DNA from: Clostridium sp.
Lineage (GTDB): Bacteria; Bacillota; Dethiobacteria; Dethiobacterales; Dethiobacteraceae
Assembly (NCBI GenBank): GCA_018335695.1
Contig: JAGXRV010000088.1
Span: 6,783 to 70,782 of the forward strand
Direction: 5' to 3'
Length of the DNA stretch: 64,000 bases
Under the pieces are notes generated by a model that saw only the letters and a list, made by a program, of their open reading frames with translations, searched no databases and was not told where the DNA came from. Of the stretch, positions 61,114 to 64,000 are shown piece after piece; within the stretch, counting starts at the first letter, position 1; each line of letters begins with the position of its first letter. The translations under genes were made by a program, and so were the position numbers.

Positions 61114-61665
61114 ATGGAGCGTGCGGAAGCGCTTAATTTGGTTAAAAAACACGTAAAAAACAAAAACTTAATTAAACATATGATCGCCACGGAGGCAGTG
61201 ATGGGCGCGTTGGCCCAACGCTTTGGTGCCGACGTACAGGCTTGGCGATTGGCAGGCCTTGTCCACGATCTGGATTATGATAAGACGGTTGAACAACCGG
61301 AACAACATGGACTTCTTACAGCGCATATCCTTGAAGAACTGAACTTTTCCGCAGAAATAATCCAGGCAGTTCGCGCCCATAATAAACTTTTGGGCGATAC
61401 TCGCATCAGCAGCATGGATCAGGCGCTCTATGTTGCAGATCCGGTCACCGGCTTGATTGTAGCCGCGGCACTGATTCATCCGGCTAAAAAGTTATCAGCC
61501 ATTGACAGCCGGTTTGTGCTAAACCGCTTTGCCGAAAAGCACTTTGCGCGTGGGGCAGACAGGGAACAAATTAAAGCCTGCAGCCTGTTGGGTCTAACTC
61601 TTGAAGAATTTATTGGCATCAGTCTGGAAGCGATGCAGAATGCCTCCGAAGAACTGGGGCTCTAA
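61114..61665 (+). CDS. HD-domain hydrolase (small HDIG/HD family protein)
   Basis: 'KHMIATEAVM', 'GLVHDLDYD', 'AVRAHN'. ATG 61114 follows AGGAGGAG. Confidence 0.75.
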   Translation: MERAEALNLVKKHVKNKNLIKHMIATEAVMGALAQRFGADVQAWRLAGLVHDLDYDKTVEQPEQHGLLTAHILEELNFSAEIIQAVRAHNKLLGDTRISSMDQALYVADPVTGLIVAAALIHPAKKLSAIDSRFVLNRFAEKHFARGADREQIKACSLLGLTLEEFIGISLEAMQNASEELGL

Positions 61666-61696
61666 GGAAGGATGCCAAAAGAAATGAGGCGGATAC

Positions 61697-63826
61697 ATGA
61701 GTTTTGAGGAAAAAGTGTTAAATTATATGCGTGAAAGCGCATATAAGCCTTTAAAAGCAGAAGAATTGAGCCGGCAGCTTGGCATCAGCGAAAAAAGAGA
61801 GATCAAACGCTTTCAAGGTTTTCTGGAGGAAATGGAACAGGAAGGCAAAGTGATTAAAAATCGCTATGGCTTGTATGGTATTCCCGAAAAAATGAATCTT
61901 GTGGTAGGGAAACTGCAGGGTCATCAGTCCGGTTTTGGTTTTATTATTCAGGACAACCCTGATACTAGTGACGTTTTTGTCCCTGCCAACCAGATGAATG
62001 GCGCTATGCACGGTGATAAAGTGGTGGCACGCTTACTTAAAAGTTCCGGCAGCAACAGGAAGAACGAAGGCGAGATTATCCGTATTCTACAGCGCCGTTC
62101 CAAGTTGATAGTGGGCCGCTATGAAGCCGGACGGCAATTCGGATTTGTCATACCAGACGATCAGCGCATCGCACAAGACATTTTTATTCCCAAAGGGGAA
62201 ACAAAACAGCTTAAAAACGGTATGAAGGTTCAGGTTGAAATTACCCGTTGGCCTGAGCAAAGACGCAATCCAGAGGGAGTAATTGTTGATGTCCTTGGTT
62301 TCCTTGGGGAAAAGGGGGTAGACACTCTTTCGATTATCAAAAAGCATGAGTTGCCGGAGGAATTTCCCCCGGATGTATTAAGAGAACTGGAAGCTTACAG
62401 CCGTCAGTTGTCTGCAGACGAACTTTCAGGGCGGCGCGATCTGCGTGACCTTGTGATGGTAACGATTGATGGTGTTGATGCCAAAGATTTGGATGACGCC
62501 GTTTCGCTTCATAAAAAAGATAATGGAAACTGGGAGTTGGGTGTTCACATTGCCGATGTCGGTTATTATGTTAAAGAAGGCACAGCTTTAGATAAAGAAG
62601 CATTTCAGCGCGGCACCAGCATTTATTTGGTCGATCGTGTGATTCCTATGTTGCCGCCGAAGCTTTCTAATGACCTTTGCAGCTTAAATCCTCAAGTTGA
62701 TCGCCTAGCCATAAGTGCCTTTATGGAATTTAATCATCAGGGAGAATTGTTAGCCCATCATTTTGTCCCCAGTGTAATCTGTACGCGGGAAAGAATGACT
62801 TACGATGAGGTTCGAGGTATCCTAGAAGATCAAAACAAAGATTTACGCAAGCGGTACAGTATGCTTGTTCCTATGTTTGAAGAAATGCGCCGCCTGGCTT
62901 TGCTGCTCAGGGAGAAGCGCTTTAAGCGCGGCGCTTTGGATTTCGCGGTTCCCGAAATAAAAGTGAAACTGGATGATGACGGCAAACCGGTTGCGCTTGA
63001 GAAGCGTCCCCGCACGATTGCAGAAATTATTATCGAAGAGTTTATGTTGGTTTGCAATGAAACGGTGGCCGAACACTTCTTTAGACTGAAACTTCCCTTT
63101 ATTTATCGGGTGCATGAAAAACCTGCCGACGAGAAGATGCTTCTCTTTCGTGATTTTATCCAAGGACTTGGTCTTTCCATTAAAGGTGCGCCGGAAAAGA
63201 TTCACTCGTCCTCACTGCAGGCTCTGTTGCGCAAGCTGGCAGGCAAGCCTGAGGAGCGGGTTGTTAACACGGTGCTTTTAAGGACAATGAAGCAGGCACG
63301 TTATTCTTCAGAAAACGCCGTTCACTACGGCTTGGCAGCCGAATTTTATACCCACTTCACTTCTCCTATCCGCCGTTATCCTGATTTGGTGGTTCACCGG
63401 CTGTTGCGCGAATATCTGTCTGGGATGCCTTCAGCAAAAAGGCTTGCCAAAATTGCTAAAAATAATTACAACACCGCAGATCGCTCATCCACTCGTGAAC
63501 GTTTGGCGATGGAAGCAGAGCGGGAAAGCGTTGAGATGAAAAAAGTCGAATTTATGCTAGGAAAGGAAGGCCAGGAATATGATGCCGTCATTTCCGGGGT
63601 TACTTCTTTTGGCTTGTTTGCCGAACTTGATAACTTGGTGGAAGGGTTAATTCATGTTTCCAGTATGGATGATGATTATTATAATTTTCATGAGAATAAA
63701 CTGACTCTCATCGGGGAGCGAACTGGAAAAGCATACCGAATCGGTCAGCCGGTCCGGGTTATCCTAAAGCGCGTTGACAAAGAAAGCCGTCAAATTGATT
63801 TTACTCTTACCCGTACGCAATGTTGA
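61697..63826 (+). CDS. rnr: Ribonuclease R
   Basis: Cold-shock-like N-domains, RNB 'IDGVDAKDLDDAVS' and 'HFTSPIRRYPDL', C-terminal S1 domain. Confidence 0.95.
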   Translation: MSFEEKVLNYMRESAYKPLKAEELSRQLGISEKREIKRFQGFLEEMEQEGKVIKNRYGLYGIPEKMNLVVGKLQGHQSGFGFIIQDNPDTSDVFVPANQMNGAMHGDKVVARLLKSSGSNRKNEGEIIRILQRRSKLIVGRYEAGRQFGFVIPDDQRIAQDIFIPKGETKQLKNGMKVQVEITRWPEQRRNPEGVIVDVLGFLGEKGVDTLSIIKKHELPEEFPPDVLRELEAYSRQLSADELSGRRDLRDLVMVTIDGVDAKDLDDAVSLHKKDNGNWELGVHIADVGYYVKEGTALDKEAFQRGTSIYLVDRVIPMLPPKLSNDLCSLNPQVDRLAISAFMEFNHQGELLAHHFVPSVICTRERMTYDEVRGILEDQNKDLRKRYSMLVPMFEEMRRLALLLREKRFKRGALDFAVPEIKVKLDDDGKPVALEKRPRTIAEIIIEEFMLVCNETVAEHFFRLKLPFIYRVHEKPADEKMLLFRDFIQGLGLSIKGAPEKIHSSSLQALLRKLAGKPEERVVNTVLLRTMKQARYSSENAVHYGLAAEFYTHFTSPIRRYPDLVVHRLLREYLSGMPSAKRLAKIAKNNYNTADRSSTRERLAMEAERESVEMKKVEFMLGKEGQEYDAVISGVTSFGLFAELDNLVEGLIHVSSMDDDYYNFHENKLTLIGERTGKAYRIGQPVRVILKRVDKESRQIDFTLTRTQC

Positions 63827-63867
63827 CAGCTTTAAATGGTCAAGAACTTCAAGCAAAAGCCGTTGAG

Positions 63868-63896
63868 TTGACGAAAAATACGACAAATGCTATAAT
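63868..63896 (+). promoter_or_regulatory. Sigma-A-type promoter between rnr and smpB
   Basis: TTGACG (63868-63873), 17-nt spacer, TATAAT (63891-63896). Confidence 0.5.
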
Positions 63897-63918
63897 TATT
63901 ACAGGAGAGAGATAGCTG

Positions 63919-63945
63919 ACCCTATTTGTTTGTAGCAAATAGGGT
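63919..63945 (+). other. 10-bp hairpin in the smpB leader
   Basis: accctatttg-tttgtag-caaatagggt, followed by TCTTT. Confidence 0.4.
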
Positions 63946-63966
63946 TCTTTAGCGGAAGAGGTTTGT

Positions 63967-64000
63967 ATGGAAGAAAAGGTATTCGCTAAAAACCGCAAAG
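63967..64000 (+). CDS. smpB: SsrA-binding protein SmpB, first 11 codons (3' end outside window)
   Basis: 'MEEKVFAKNRK', typical SmpB N-terminus. Position after rnr is conserved. RBS GGAAGAGG. Confidence 0.6.
   Translation, partial: MEEKVFAKNRK

Overview
This window reads as core chromosome from a Firmicutes-type genome (Clostridia/Negativicutes-like). That is judged from gene content and Bacillus-like synteny: comFC, long hpf, secA-prfB, ftsEX, uvrBA, rapZ-yvcK-whiA and gap-pgk-tpiA-gpmI-eno. Almost every long ORF is a recognisable housekeeping gene, and most lie on the + strand.

Gene order:
- livF (partial), niaR-nadA-nadB-nadC, trxB-trxA, an M24 peptidase and a beta-CASP MBL hydrolase
- fabZ, then a SAM-I riboswitch in front of metK
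- a DUF1659/DUF2922-like small-gene pair, recD2-comFC and hpf
- two unassignable genes, a tiny hydrophobic ORF, an HD-GYP membrane protein and its coupled membrane partner
- secA and prfB (with the +1 frameshift), then a YitT-like gene
- on the minus strand, a two-subunit 2-oxoacid:ferredoxin oxidoreductase
- ftsE-ftsX, an M23 peptidase, an S41 protease and a PDZ membrane protein
- uvrB-uvrA-uvrC, then an orphan gene on the minus strand
- a holin-IV-family membrane protein, a Cof hydrolase, an FMN oxidase, and PHP / crp-fnr / PHP
- rapZ-yvcK-whiA-rpoN, then gap-pgk-tpiA-gpmI-eno
- a TupA-like binding protein, secG, hppA, an HD hydrolase, rnr and smpB (partial)

I saw no rRNA, tRNA, CRISPR array, transposase, integrase or prophage block.

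The observations most worth a second look:
1. A dispersed intergenic repeat family at 8 loci. Each copy is a short hairpin with a one-sided TTAGGG-like arm that fits a canonical G-quadruplex motif. Two mirrored arrays of it bracket the DUF1659-like gene.
2. A near-consensus sigma-54 (-24/-12) promoter directly upstream of rpoN itself.
3. A 26-codon hydrophobic ORF enclosed by a perfect 16-nt long-range inverted repeat, just upstream of the HD-GYP gene.
4. Two family-less genes between hpf and the HD-GYP gene.
5. An orphan gene that overlaps uvrC convergently.

All functional calls come from motif recognition by eye. No database search was run.
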